Assembly (NCBI GenBank): GCA_963727315.1 | Contig: CAVSFE010000002.1 | Coordinates: 139,674 to 203,673 of the forward strand | Reading direction: 5' to 3' | From: an uncultured Chloroflexia bacterium | Lineage (GTDB): Bacteria > Chloroflexota > Dehalococcoidia > Dehalococcoidales > RBG-16-60-22 | Length of the DNA: 64,000 bases | Part shown: positions 39,665-50,602 of the stretch, piece by piece | Layout of the letters: each line of letters starts with the position of its first letter | Position numbering within the stretch: position 1 is the stretch's first letter | Made by a program: the position numbers and the translations under genes | Notes under the pieces: model-generated | Told to the model about the DNA's origin: nothing | Seen by the model: the letters and a program-made list of their open reading frames with translations, nothing else | The model's database searches: none

Positions 39665-40808
39665 ATGAAAAAATTCAATTTGAAAACCCTGATTTTAGTA
39701 TTTGTCCTCGCGGTAATGCTGGTAGTGATACCCGTCACCGGGTGCATCGAGATAACCGGCAAGGGGGAATCGGCGACACCGACCGCCACGGCAACGACGC
39801 CAACAGCCACGGCGATTAATCCCTCATGGACACCGCCGACACCCAGCAATACCAGCCAAGAACTGCCCGACATCGCCGACGTCGTGGCGCTGGTGAAACC
39901 GGCGGTGGTAGCCATCAACACGGAAGTAGTGTCCTACGACTTTTTCAATCGGCCTTACACGGAGCAAGGGGCGGGCTCGGGGTGGATCATCGATAAAAAC
40001 GGCATCATCGTCACCAATAACCACGTCGTCGAAGGCGCCAAGACCGTCACCGTAACCACCTGGGACGGCACTACTTATTCCGCCGACGTCAACGCCATCG
40101 CCACCGACCCTCTCAACGACCTGGCCATAGTTAAAATAGATGCCCAAAACCTGCCGACGGTAAAAATCGGCGACTCCTCACCGATGAGGGTCGGCGACTG
40201 GGTCATCGCCATCGGCAACGCCCTCGGACAGGGCATCCGGGCCTCCGAAGGAATCATCAGCCTGACGGACGTCTCGCTCCAGATAGAGCAGGGGCAAACG
40301 CTATACGACCTCATCGAGACCACCGCCGCCATCAACCCCGGCAACAGCGGCGGGCCGCTGGTGAACCTGTCCGGAGAGGTCATCGGCATCACCAACGCCA
40401 AAATCGCCGACGTGGGCATCGAGGGCATGGGCTACGCCATCAGCATCAACACGGCATCGCCGATCATCCAGGAGCTGGTCAACAAAGGATACATCACGCG
40501 GCCATGGCTGGGGGTGGGACTTTACACCGTCGACGAGCTGGCCATCCAGCAGCTGAACCTGTCCGTAGACAAGGGCGTCCTGCTTACCGAGGTGGTCGCC
40601 GGCAGCCCGGCGGACCAGGCGGGATTAGAAACAATACGACGTGGTCGTCAGCATCGGCGGGCAGGACGTCACCACGGTCGAGGAATTCACCAAGGTACTG
40701 CACGCCTCGACCATCGGGCAGCCGCTGGAAATCAAGTACTGGCGCGGCAATAAAGAATACACCACCACGGCAACGCCCATCGAAAGCCCGAAACCGACGA
40801 CTAGCTAA
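39665..40808 (+). CDS. HtrA/DegP-family serine protease with PDZ domain, predicted lipoprotein (frameshift near 40630)
   Basis: Catalytic NNHVV, DLAIV, GNSGGPL; removing one A in GAAACAA restores the PDZ (EQYDVVVSIGGQ) to TAA at 40806-40808. Confidence 0.9.
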
Positions 40809-43800
40809 CCTTCTTAACGCCCAGCAAAAGGTTATAGCCGCTGACCTTAAAGCTCTCCTTGAGGTCGACGTCATCAGGGACGGTGTCTTCTATAGAGCGC
40901 GCCAGCGTCTCCTGCATGACGTAGTCGGCGAAGGAAGACAGCGACTGCATGATAAAGGCGTCCGCCTCGTAATACAGGATAATGTGGTCGGCGATGTCAT
41001 AGCCGGCGGTGCGGCGCATCGTCTGCACGCGGTGCACAATCTCCCGCGCCATGCCTTCCGCCTCCAGCTCGGCGGTGATATAACAGGAGACCGCCACGCC
41101 TGGCCGCGGCTCACTGACCGATGGCAACACCCTGAGTCCTCTTTACCGGCCACCTGCTCAACCGTGCCCAACTGCATCTCCTTGATGTTAAGCTCGTCCA
41201 GCAGCAAGGGCGCCATACGTTCCAGGGCGCGTTTTTCCGCTCCGATTTAACGCCGACAAAGATTTCCGCCAGGGGCTGACGCACCTTAATACCGGCCTGG
41301 CTGCGCGCCGCCCTCCCCAGACTGCAGACCCGCATCGCCAGACGGTTGTCCCCGGCAAGCTCCTTATCTATCATCGCCGGGTTCGCCACGGGGAAATCCG
41401 TCAAATGAACGCTCTCCGGCGCATCCGGGAAAGCCGAGCGCACCAGGTTCTGGTAAAGCTCCTCGGCCAGGAAGGGGGTAAAGGGGGCGAGGAGCTTCGA
41501 TAAAGTCACCAGGCATTGATAGAGGGTGTTATAGGCGGAGAGCTTATCGGCGTCATTTTCGCTCTTCCAGAAACGCCGCCGGCTCCGCCGGACATACCAG
41601 TTGGAGAGGCCATCGACAAAGGTCTCTATTTTGCGGCCGGCGTCGGTGGGGCTATAGCCGGCCAGACCGGCATCAACGTCCACAATAAGCTGGTTAAGCT
41701 CGGAGAGAATCCACCGGTCAAGCTCAGTTCCGGGATAGAGCGAAAGGTTCAGCCGAAGGCCGGTAATTATCGATATTAGCGTACATGACGAAAAAGGAAT
41801 AGACGTTCCAGAGGGTCGAGAGGAAGCGGCGGGACACCTCGTCCACCTGTTTGGCGTCGAACTGGCGGGGATTGCCCGGGGCGGAGGCGGTATATAAGTA
41901 CCAGCGCAGGGCGTCCGCGCCGTATTTTTTCACGACATCCCCGGGATAGACGACATTGCCCTTGCGCTTACTCATCTTCTCGCCCCTGGCGTCCAGGATA
42001 TGACCGAGACAGATGACGTTTTTAAAGCAGGGGCGGTCGAAAAGGAGGGTGGAAATGGCGTGCAGACTATAAAACCAGCCGCGGGTCTGGTCGACGGCCT
42101 CGCAGATGAAGTCGGCCGGGAAGCGCCCGTCTTCCATCATGGACTGATTATCGAAAGGATAATGATTCTGGGCGAAAGGCATCGCGCCGGAATCGAACCA
42201 GCAATCGATAACCTCCGGAACGCGCCGCATTTTACCGCCGCACTTAGAGCAGGCAAAGGTTATCTGCATCGACATGGGGGCGGTGCAAATCTAAAGGCTC
42301 CGGCAATCCGGAAAAATCAGGTTTTCCCTTTAGTTCGGCGACACCGCCGATACACTCGAAAGCGCCGCACTTTTCGCAGCGCCAGACAGGCAGCGGCGTG
42401 CCCCAGTAGCGCTCCCGCGAGAAAGCCCAGTCGATATTGTTCTGGAGCCAGTCGCCGAAGCGGCCGTACTTGATATGCTCCGGATACCAGTTTATCTCCT
42501 CGTTGCCGGAGATAAGGCGGTCCTTGACGGCGGTGGTGCGGATATACCAGGTGGTCTTGGCATAATAGAGCAGGGGGGTCTCGCAGCGCCAGCAGAAGGG
42601 GTAGGTATGCTTGATGATGCCGCGGCGGAACAGCAGGCCGCGCGACTTCAGGTCTTCAAGGATTAGAGGGTCGGCGTCTTTAACGAACTTGCCGGCGAAA
42701 GTATAAGTGCCGGTCATTTTTCCCTGGAGGTCGACGGGCTGGACGAAATCCAGCTCATCTTGTTTACCGGCTTCAAAATCGACCTCGCCGAAAGCCGGGG
42801 CGATATGGACGATACCGGTGCCTTCGTCCAAGAGTGACGAAATCGCCAGCGATAACGCGATAGGTCAAAGTTTTCACCGCTTTTTGAGTCGATAGCGAAC
42901 CGCTTTTATGAAATCGCTTTCTCTCCACGGAAAAATCCTGGGGATTGAAAAGGGGCTCATATTTGACGTCCACCAAATCCCTGCCTTTAACAGTCACTAA
43001 CGGGCTGATAGCCCTCTATTTTCAAGGGTCCGGAAAGCTGTGCCGCCAGAACCAGATAATCGTTTTCTCCCTGGAGCACAACATAATCGGCATCGGGAGA
43101 GACGGCCAGGGCGGTATTGCCCGGCAGAGTCCAGGGGGTGGTCGTCCAGGCGAGCAGGTAGACCGGCTTGACCTCCGGAAGAGCGACAGTGAACTGGCCG
43201 GAGACCTTAAACTTTATGTAAACCGACGGGTCTTCCGTGTCCTCTTTATAGCCCTGGGCGACCTCGTGGGAGCTCAACGAGGTGCCGCAGCGGGGGCAGT
43301 GGGGGGTAACGCGGTAGCCCTGATAGACCCAGCCCTTATCCCACATCTGCTTGATGGCCCACCAGCAGGACTCGATATACTCTTTGCTCAGGGTGATATA
43401 GGCGTTATCGAAATCCACCCAGTAGCCGACGCGCTTTAAGATGTCCTCGAACTCGCGCAGGTATTTAAAAACGCTCTGACGGCACATCTCGTTAAAGCGG
43501 TCGATGCCGTACTCCTCTATCTGCTTCTTGGAGGAAATGCCGAGCTGTTTTTCAATCTCGAGCTCGACGGGCAGGCCGTGGGTGTCCCAGCCGGCGATGC
43601 GCGGGGCATAAAAGCCCTTCATCACCTTATAGCGGGGGATGACATCCTTGAAAATGGACATGAAGGCATGATGGAGGGCGGGGCTGCCGTTGACGGTGGG
43701 GGGGCCATCGTAGAGAATAAAGCCCGGGCCGCCCTGACGCGCGGCCACACTGCGCCGGAAGGTATCGTCTTTTTGCCACAGGGCCAGTATCGCCTCCTCC

Positions 43801-43841
43801 ATCTGAGGAAAGCTTACCCGGCTGCTCACAGGTTTAAACAT
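40801..43841 (-). CDS. ileS: isoleucine--tRNA ligase, type 2 (at least 6 small indels, probably assembly errors)
   Basis: DGPPT, GWDTHGLP, WTTTPWTLPGN, GTGIVHIAPAFG, DQTRGWFYSL, KMSKR, WYVRRSRRRFW across consecutive overlapping ORFs; Ile T-box upstream. Confidence 0.93.
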
Positions 43842-43851
43842 AACGCTCTCC

Positions 43852-44130
43852 TAAATAAAACAGCCCCGTCCCAAGGGACGAGGCTTAAAGCTCCCGCGGT
43901 ACCACCCTGATTCCCCCCTTCCAAGGAAGGGGAACACTCAGCAGGGCACGACTCATGCCCTCGTCACGGATAACGGTTGACGGGACCGTCCAAGTCTACT
44001 CTCCCGATTACATCGGGATTTCGGTTGGCAGCTCGGGAGCGATTTTCGGGGTAAGGATATATCGGCTCGCACCTTCCCGACTCGCTGGCTATCCTAGACC
44101 GCCCCTACTCTTCTCCGTCACAGCCTTTAA
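43852..44130 (-). ncRNA. T-box riboswitch, Ile-specific
   Basis: On the minus strand: GGTGCGAGCC box, specifier GAAA-ATC at 44043-44041, T-box AATCAGGGTGGTACCGCG, terminator AGCCTCGTCCC-TT-GGGACGGGGCT followed by Ts. Confidence 0.92.
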
Positions 44131-44162
44131 CAGACTTATGTTAACACAAGTCGGGGGAGAAA

Positions 44163-44672
44163 TCAATTGCCGGGGAGCTTCTTGGGGATGATGACGACTT
44201 TCCGGGACTCGCCGAAGCCGGTGCTCTCGGTGGTGACATCGGGGTGGTCGGCCAGGGCGAGGTGGACGACGCGCCTTTCAAAAGCCGGCATCGGCTCCAT
44301 GGAAAAAGGCGTTTTCTTCACCTTGACCTGCTCGGCGAGCCGGATGGCCAGAACGCGCAGTCCCTCGCAGCGGCGCTGCTTGTAGTTCTCCACGTCGAGA
44401 ACGATGGGCACCCTGACCTGCATTTTATGCGTCATGATGAGCCTGACGATCTGCTGTAAAGAGACCATGGTCTGGCCGCGCCGCCCGATAATAATGCCCA
44501 AGTCTTCGCCCTCGATGTTAAGCCCGACGGAAGCGACCTCGCCGCTTTCATCCATCACGGTAAATTCATCGGAGGGCGATACCCTGGCGGGCAGGTCCAT
44601 CAGGCTCAAGAGCTTCTCCAGCACCTCTTTAGTGGCTTCGTATATTTCCTTTTGATTTACCGGCATTTCCAT
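44163..44672 (-). CDS. jag: Jag/KhpB (EloR) KH-R3H RNA-binding protein, short form lacking the Jag N-terminal domain
   Basis: IIGRRGQT, DVENYK, PMPAFERRVVH, STGFG. Confidence 0.88.
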   Translation of the reverse strand: MEMPVNQKEIYEATKEVLEKLLSLMDLPARVSPSDEFTVMDESGEVASVGLNIEGEDLGIIIGRRGQTMVSLQQIVRLIMTHKMQVRVPIVLDVENYKQRRCEGLRVLAIRLAEQVKVKKTPFSMEPMPAFERRVVHLALADHPDVTTESTGFGESRKVVIIPKKLPGN

Positions 44673-44702
44673 AAATCCTAACCCCTTAACGATAACCCCC
44701 CT

Positions 44703-45608
44703 TTATTTTCTGGGGCGATTTTTCTGCCTGTCCTTGCCGGGCTGGAACCTGCTTTTGCCCGGCTTGAGACTATTCTTGTCCATGACCTTGGACCCGGTAT
44801 CGGCGACGATAGTCCCGGCACTTTCCGGCTCGGCGGGCTTCTCCTCGGCCGATTTATCAAATTTCAGGTACTTCTTCTCGGCCTCGGTGGGCTTTTTCGC
44901 CTGACGGCGGAGCCCGCCCCAGCCGCTGACGCGGTACTGCAGGATAATCCTGAAGGTGTTATTGACCACCCAGTAAAGGGCCAGGCCGCTCGGGAAAGAA
45001 AGCGCCAGCAGCCCGAACATCATCGGCATCATCCAGAGCATCATCTGGGCCTGCTGGGCCTGCTTGGGGTCGGTCGACGGGGTCATCGACATTTTCTGCT
45101 GTACCCACTGCGTGGCGCCCGTCAGGATAGCCAGGAAAATATCCGGCGACGCCAGATTCAACCAGAGGAAAACCCGGCTCAGCGGCAGGGCAGAGTAGAC
45201 GGCGTCCCACGGGTAAAGAAACCGGGCCAGATTCAACAGGCCCTCCGGGGCCACCGCCATCGCCAGCATGATGGACTGATACAGGGCAATCCACACCGGC
45301 ATCTGGATGATCATGGTAATAAAGCAACCGGCCGGCTTGACTCCGGCGGTCTTATAGAGGTTCATCTGCTCCTGGGACAGTTTCTGCCGGTCCTTGCCGT
45401 ACTTTTTCTGGAGCTCGGAGAGCCTGGGCTGGAGGGCCTGCATCGCCCGGGTGGACCGTATCTGGCTCAGCGTCAGCGGCAGCATGCACAGGTTGACAAT
45501 GATGGTCAGGGCGATGATAGACACCCCGAAGCTGCCGCCCATGAAATGCGCGATGACAATCAGGATGTTAATCAGCGGCTGCTGGATGATCAGTTCCCAG
45601 ACGTTCAA
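44703..45608 (-). CDS. yidC: membrane protein insertase YidC/Oxa1
   Basis: LQPRLSELQKKY, QEQMNLYK, GC, QMPVW, PSGLALYW; TTG start. Confidence 0.93.
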   Translation of the reverse strand: MNVWELIIQQPLINILIVIAHFMGGSFGVSIIALTIIVNLCMLPLTLSQIRSTRAMQALQPRLSELQKKYGKDRQKLSQEQMNLYKTAGVKPAGCFITMIIQMPVWIALYQSIMLAMAVAPEGLLNLARFLYPWDAVYSALPLSRVFLWLNLASPDIFLAILTGATQWVQQKMSMTPSTDPKQAQQAQMMLWMMPMMFGLLALSFPSGLALYWVVNNTFRIILQYRVSGWGGLRRQAKKPTEAEKKYLKFDKSAEEKPAEPESAGTIVADTGSKVMDKNSLKPGKSRFQPGKDRQKNRPRK

Positions 45609-45630
45609 AGCCCTAAACTCCCATCTTTCC

Positions 45631-46788
45631 TTATCCCGAGCTCTTTAAAGAAATCGGGCTCAACAAGGCGCCGGTGGCGGCATTAACGCGCTGCAATTCC
45701 AGGTCCTGGGTATGGATATAGACAATTCCCCCGTAGGCGGCCAGCGGCCCGTCGACGGTCTTTTTAAGGTCCACCAGCGTCTTGATTTCATTGGTGGCGG
45801 TAGATAAAGAATAGATAACGCCTTTGCCGCTGGCGAAAATGATAGAATCAGCGACGATGACCGGAGTGGACGATACCGGGCTCCCGAGGTCGAACCCCGC
45901 GATTTCAGCACCGGTAGCCGGATTTAAAACGTAAGCAAATTTATCGAGACAGCCGACGTAGAGCGTGTCGTTGTAGACGACCGACTCGGCCCAGAAAAAG
46001 TTGCCGCCCCGGAACTTCCATTTCAGCGTGCCATCGGAGGCGTTCAAGGCATACAGGTTACGGTCGAAAGAGCCGAAAATAACGTTATCCTTGTATATCA
46101 GGGGGGTAGAAATGATAGAACCTCCGGTGGCATACTCCCACTTTTTAGTGCCGTCGGCGATATTCAGGGCGTACAGCTTTTTATCGAAAGAGCCGATATA
46201 AAGCGTATCGCCAGCGATGGCCGGCGTCCCCCATATCTTATCGCCGGTGGCGGCAGACTCCCAGACCTTGTCGCCGAGGGCGGCATCCAGGGCATAGACC
46301 TTGCCATCCGTGCAGCCGAAAAACAGCTTGCCACCGGCGGCAACGATGCTGCCAACGATAGGCTGGAGATAGCCTTCGCGGGGATAGACCCACCTCACCG
46401 CGAGATTACCGACACTGTAGGCATAGACCTTGCCGTTATACCCGGCCATATAGGTGAGATTGCCGGAGACCACCGGCGTCCCGTACACGGGCACGCCGCC
46501 GGCACCTCCGGCGCAGCCGCCCACACCCGTCGCCGGGGCACAACCGAATAATCCCCCCTGACTGACCGGTATCAGCGCCTCGGAAAAAAGCCGGCTATCG
46601 TCGGAGAGATTGACCGTCACCAGCTTACCTTCCCGGGAGCCGACGTAGAGAATGCCATCGGATACCGTGCCGCCGGACCATCCCACGGCTGATAGACCGC
46701 TGACACAGCCCGCGATGACCAATATCAAAGACACAACTGCGGCCAAGAGAAACGGGAGTTTTAACAGCCAACCAGACTTACGTTTCAT
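45631..46788 (-). CDS. PQQ-binding-like beta-propeller lipoprotein
   Basis: Repeated YxGxxDxxxYALxxxxGxxxW units; lipobox LVIAGC. Confidence 0.85.
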   Translation of the reverse strand: MKRKSGWLLKLPFLLAAVVSLILVIAGCVSGLSAVGWSGGTVSDGILYVGSREGKLVTVNLSDDSRLFSEALIPVSQGGLFGCAPATGVGGCAGGAGGVPVYGTPVVSGNLTYMAGYNGKVYAYSVGNLAVRWVYPREGYLQPIVGSIVAAGGKLFFGCTDGKVYALDAALGDKVWESAATGDKIWGTPAIAGDTLYIGSFDKKLYALNIADGTKKWEYATGGSIISTPLIYKDNVIFGSFDRNLYALNASDGTLKWKFRGGNFFWAESVVYNDTLYVGCLDKFAYVLNPATGAEIAGFDLGSPVSSTPVIVADSIIFASGKGVIYSLSTATNEIKTLVDLKKTVDGPLAAYGGIVYIHTQDLELQRVNAATGALLSPISLKSSG

Positions 46789-46848
46789 AATTATCTCAAA
46801 ATAAAAAATTAAATCCTATTTAGATATTCTTATTTCGAATTTTTGCAA

Positions 46849-47058
46849 CTAGGGCACGGGGTCGTAGCCGCCTTCGTTCCAGGGATGACACCGGAAAAAC
46901 CGCCGCATTCCCAACCAAGTCCCCTTAAAAAAACCGTACCGGCGGATGGCTTCATAGGTATATTGAGAACACGTCGGCTGAAAGCGGCAGGCCGGCGGCA
47001 TAACCTGCGACCAGGTATGCTGATAGACTTTAATTAACCCCAGAGCGAACGCCTTCAT
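46849..47058 (-). CDS. yidD: membrane protein insertion efficiency factor
   Basis: CRFQPTCSQY, RCHPW, GGYDPVP. Confidence 0.93.
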   Translation of the reverse strand: MKAFALGLIKVYQHTWSQVMPPACRFQPTCSQYTYEAIRRYGFFKGTWLGMRRFFRCHPWNEGGYDPVP

Positions 47059-47392
47059 ATTCTCCTGACGATAAACCGGCTTTCACCAACAAAGCGGCGA
47101 CCGATTTTTCCAGGCTTTTATAGTCCGCCTGCGCGGCCGGGTTGCGGGCAATAATAATAATATCCCAGCCGGGGTACAGCGGCGCTTTTCTCAATATCTC
47201 GCGCAGTCGCCGTTTTATCCTGTTCCTGACCACCGCTTTGCCTACACGCCGGCCGACTGCAAAGCCGTATCTGGTCAAATCAAGCCCGTTGGGCAGGGCC
47301 CTGACCACAATTTCCCGGCCCGCCCAGGACCTGCCGTTACGATAAACGAGCTGGAACTGACTGTCCCTGGTAAGATAACGTTCTCCCCTCAC
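47030..47392 (-). CDS. rnpA: ribonuclease P protein component
   Basis: RYGFAVGRRVGKAVVRNRIKRRLRE. Confidence 0.95.
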   Translation of the reverse strand: MRGERYLTRDSQFQLVYRNGRSWAGREIVVRALPNGLDLTRYGFAVGRRVGKAVVRNRIKRRLREILRKAPLYPGWDIIIIARNPAAQADYKSLEKSVAALLVKAGLSSGEYEGVRSGVN

Positions 47393-47422
47393 GCTACCGA
47401 GCCCCGGGCCCTCAAGAGCCCG

Positions 47423-47563
47423 CTACACCACGGTCAATTTTTGCCGCTTTTTCAGCCGTCTGGCCTTCAAGACGGCCCGGCCCCCGCGCGTGCTCATCCT
47501 TTTCAGAAATCCGTGCTCGCGCTTCCTCGGGATGCTCTTGGGTTGATAGGTCCTTTTTGGCAC
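47423..47563 (-). CDS. rpmH: 50S ribosomal protein L34 (not in the ORF track)
   Basis: GTG start; [46 protein letters not shown]. Confidence 0.95.
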   Translation of the reverse strand: MPKRTYQPKSIPRKREHGFLKRMSTRGGRAVLKARRLKKRQKLTVV

Positions 47564-47633
47564 TTTAACTCCCGTTCAATGCTCGACCACTTATTGAGAT
47601 ATCAGAAAACCCGGTCAAATTAAAACGGCAATA

Positions 47634-47930
47634 TCAGGCCCTTAACCCGACGCCGCCCGTCTTCTGGATGTGAGCGGAAACAAACGGCAATAAAGCCAGG
47701 TGCCGCGCCCTCTTGATGGAGGTGGTCAGGGCGCGCTGGTGCCTGGCGCAGGCGCCGCTCTTGCGCCGGGGGGCGATTTTGCCCCTGTCCGATATATAGG
47801 GGCGCAGTATCACAGGGTCTTTATAATCGATGTATTCCACCTTGTCCCGACAAAAGAAACAGATTTTGCGCTTGGGAATATATTTGGCCCGCCCTGTTCT
47901 CCGCGGCCTGGTGTCTCTAGAATATGTCAT
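47634..47930 (-). CDS. rpsR: 30S ribosomal protein S18
   Basis: [33 protein letters not shown]. Confidence 0.96.
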   Translation of the reverse strand: MTYSRDTRPRRTGRAKYIPKRKICFFCRDKVEYIDYKDPVILRPYISDRGKIAPRRKSGACARHQRALTTSIKRARHLALLPFVSAHIQKTGGVGLRA

Positions 47931-47971
47931 GCTGCCCTCAATATTATTATATTATGAAATCTCGAATTTTA

Positions 47972-48379
47972 CTAAAACGGCAGGTCTTCCGGTTCGAGCT
48001 CGGCCACGCCCGTTTCCTCCGGTTTTTCATCGGAGAGAGGCGCCGCGCCCTTCCTGTCCAGGAATATCACCCGGTTGGCAATTACTTCGATTTTCGAATG
48101 GGGCTGGCCGTCCTGGCTTTCCCAGTTGCGGGTGTGTATCCGGCCCTCGGCGTAGACCAGCCTGCCTTTGGCGAGGAACTGGTTGCACTGCTCGGCCAGC
48201 CGGTTCCAGGCCACCACGCTGAACCATTCCGTTTCCTGGCGGCGCTCCCCTTCCGGCGAGGTATAGACCCAGTTGGTGGCCACGGAAAAAGACGTCACCG
48301 GTTTACCGTTCGGCGTAAAGCGCATCTCAGGTTCGTTCCCGACATTCCCGATAATCGTAATTTTATTTAGACTCGGCAT
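47972..48379 (-). CDS. ssb: single-stranded DNA-binding protein
   Basis: LNKITIIGNVG, TEWFSVVAW, EGRIHTR, C-terminal DLPF; GGAGG RBS before ATG 48379. Confidence 0.96.
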   Translation of the reverse strand: MPSLNKITIIGNVGNEPEMRFTPNGKPVTSFSVATNWVYTSPEGERRQETEWFSVVAWNRLAEQCNQFLAKGRLVYAEGRIHTRNWESQDGQPHSKIEVIANRVIFLDRKGAAPLSDEKPEETGVAELEPEDLPF

Positions 48380-48427
48380 GGCCTCTTCACCTCCCCGGAA
48401 CAACTCAGGTGGCTAAAATCCCCGGAC

Positions 48428-48760
48428 TTAACTCTCCGCTTTAACGAGGAGGTGCCTCAGGACCTCCTCGGATATTTTTAAGTTCGCCTCGATTTCTTTC
48501 AATCTGGCCGGGCTTATCTTGAATTTCGTCAGGACGTAATTGCCCTCCAGATAGTGTTTCAGGGGATAGGCCAGTTTTTTCTTGCCCCACTTATCAACAC
48601 TGGCGATAACGCCGTCCCGGCTGGTGATAAACTGGCTGATGCCGTTGACCCGAGCCTCCAGGGCATCCTCGGCCACATCAGGATTGATAATGTATATCAG
48701 CTCATAGTCCTGCAGCCGCCTGTCTGCCGCTGCCTTTTGTACCTGCTTTTTTCTCGCCAC
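48428..48760 (-). CDS. rpsF: 30S ribosomal protein S6
   Basis: YELIYII, WGKKKLAYP, VLRHLLVK; GTG at 48760 after GAGG. Confidence 0.95.
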   Translation of the reverse strand: MARKKQVQKAAADRRLQDYELIYIINPDVAEDALEARVNGISQFITSRDGVIASVDKWGKKKLAYPLKHYLEGNYVLTKFKISPARLKEIEANLKISEEVLRHLLVKAES

Positions 48761-48868
48761 GCTAATTCCTCGCACAATTTTAGGTTATTATACCATAATC
48801 CCAAACTAGAGACAACTACGTAAAGCCAGAGCGGAGTTTACAGCCAATCCTGCCGAAGGCAAAACACC

Positions 48869-48897
48869 TTGACACGTCAGTCTGCCTTTGCTAGACT
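48869..48897 (+). promoter_or_regulatory. sigma70 promoter of tRNA-Asp
   Basis: TTGACA-17 nt-TAGACT. Confidence 0.7.
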
Positions 48898-48947
48898 CTA
48901 TAGGTGCGCCGCAACGCTTTTCCCGGGCGTTAGCGCCAGGACCGGAA

Positions 48948-49024
48948 GGCCCCGTGGTGTAGCGGTCTAACATGCCACCCTGTCACGGTGGAGATCGGGG
49001 GTTCAAATCCCCCCGGGGTCGCCA
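48948..49024 (+). tRNA. tRNA-Asp(GTC)
   Basis: Cloverleaf: acceptor GGCCCCG/CGGGGTC, anticodon stem CCACC/GGTGG with loop CTGTCAC, TTCAAAT T-loop, encoded CCA. Confidence 0.97.
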
Positions 49025-49100
49025 GTTTAGTGATTCGCGGAATATCACATCGGTCCCTCATCAATAGTCACCCACCCGGTCGGCTTTATTTAAATCAATA

Positions 49101-49136
49101 TTGACAATATTAATGAATGTAGATTACAATATTAAT
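49101..49136 (+). promoter_or_regulatory. promoter and probable MarR operator
   Basis: TTGACA-18 nt-TACAAT overlapped by two ACAATATTAAT copies. Confidence 0.55.
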
Positions 49137-49167
49137 ATAACATACACTATGAAGGTAGGAATAAGCA

Positions 49168-49629
49168 ATGGAGAAACAGGAGTTGATAGCGGAAATTATT
49201 AAGCTTCAGCGGAAAGTAGACCGGGCCCGTAGGCAATATGAGCTCGGTGTCTGGATGGACCTGCCCCTTACCATGGCCCAACTCAAGAGCCTGTTTTTCA
49301 TCAGCAATCAGGGGAGCACGCACCCGGGGAAGCTGGCAGCCGCGCTCGGGGTCACGCCGACCAACGTGACGGGCATCATCGACCGGCTGATAAAGCAGGG
49401 CCTGGTGAGCCGCACGGAGGATGCGCAGGACCGCCGCGTGATGCTGCTGCAGGCCACGGGCAGGGGCGAAGAGCTGGTGACAAAACTCAGGGAGAGACGG
49501 AGAACCTATCTCTCAGATTTGCTAGGGCGTCTGGACGCAGATGAGCTGGCGATACTAGCCCGGGGGCTCAATCCGTTGGCCAGGGCCGCGGAAAGGCGCG
49601 AAGGAGAGACCGGAAATGAACATGATTGA
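49168..49629 (+). CDS. MarR-family transcriptional regulator
   Basis: LTMAQL, VTGIIDRLIKQGLVSR, DRR, TGRG. Confidence 0.92.
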   Translation: MEKQELIAEIIKLQRKVDRARRQYELGVWMDLPLTMAQLKSLFFISNQGSTHPGKLAAALGVTPTNVTGIIDRLIKQGLVSRTEDAQDRRVMLLQATGRGEELVTKLRERRRTYLSDLLGRLDADELAILARGLNPLARAAERREGETGNEHD

Positions 49630-50602
49630 AGTCGAAGGCCTGACCAAGCGGTTCGGTCAATTTACGGCCGTGGACAATATCTCTTTCCAGGTCGAAAAAG
49701 GCGAGATATTCGGTCTTCTCGGTCCGAACGGAGCCGGTAAAACGACCACCATACGCTGCCTGCTCACCCTTATCCCGCCGACCGCCGGCAGCGGGAAGGT
49801 GGCCGGCATCGATATCCTGAAAAAACCGCAGCAGGTACGCGAGGCATCCGGGTACGTGCCGCAGGACGTCTCGGTGGACGGCGACCTCACCGGCTACGAG
49901 AACCTGCTCTTTTACGCCGAGCTCTTCCACGTCCCGGGGTCGGTGCGGAAAGAGCGCATCCGGGAGGTCATCCGTTTCATGGAGCTCAGCGATAAGGCCA
50001 ACGAACTGGCCCGAAACTATTCTGGCGGCATGATGCGGCGCCTGGAAATAGGCCAGGTGCTGGTCAACCGCCCCCGGGTGCTCTTCCTCGATGAGCCGAG
50101 TATCGGGCTCGACCCGGTGGCCAAGCGGATGGTCTGGGACTACATTGAAAGACTACGCAGCGAGTTTGACGCCACCATCCTGCTGACCACCCATGACATG
50201 AACGAGGCCGACCATCTCTGCGACCGCATCGCTATTATGAACGGCGGCAAAATCGCCGTCATCGGCGCGCCCGCCAAGCTCAAGACGGAACTGGGCGGCG
50301 ACGTCGTAAGTATTGCCTCGGACAACTCCGGATGCCGCCAGGTGCTGCAAGATCTGGGCTACCAGCTCCTGCCCCAGTCCCAGGACAGCGCCTGCGACCT
50401 GGTGGTTGACGATGGCGAAAGGAAGATACCCGAGATTATCGATAGACTGAAAAGCGAAGGGGTCAGCACCGTCTCGGTCTCGCTGAAAGTGGGCACGCTG
50501 GACGATGTCTTTCTCAAATACGCCGGCAAGCGCATCGGCGAGGGCGACCTGAACTGGCAGACAACGAGGGCCGTCCGGAGAACGGCCAGGAGGCATGGAT
50601 AA
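49616..50602 (+). CDS. ABC exporter ATP-binding protein (DrrA-like)
   Basis: GPNGAGKTT, YSGGM, LDEPSIGLDP, TTHDM. Confidence 0.94.
   Translation: MNMIEVEGLTKRFGQFTAVDNISFQVEKGEIFGLLGPNGAGKTTTIRCLLTLIPPTAGSGKVAGIDILKKPQQVREASGYVPQDVSVDGDLTGYENLLFYAELFHVPGSVRKERIREVIRFMELSDKANELARNYSGGMMRRLEIGQVLVNRPRVLFLDEPSIGLDPVAKRMVWDYIERLRSEFDATILLTTHDMNEADHLCDRIAIMNGGKIAVIGAPAKLKTELGGDVVSIASDNSGCRQVLQDLGYQLLPQSQDSACDLVVDDGERKIPEIIDRLKSEGVSTVSVSLKVGTLDDVFLKYAGKRIGEGDLNWQTTRAVRRTARRHG

Noticed and set aside
40801-43841. ileS, copA, htrA and the sensor kinase as pseudogenes or programmed-frameshift genes
   Set aside because: The indels are single-base, lack slippery sites and in-frame stops, cluster regionally and hit an essential gene; assembly error is more parsimonious
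47423-47633. oriC near rpmH
   Set aside because: No dnaA gene and no cluster of TTATCCACA boxes; rpmH is preceded by rpsR here
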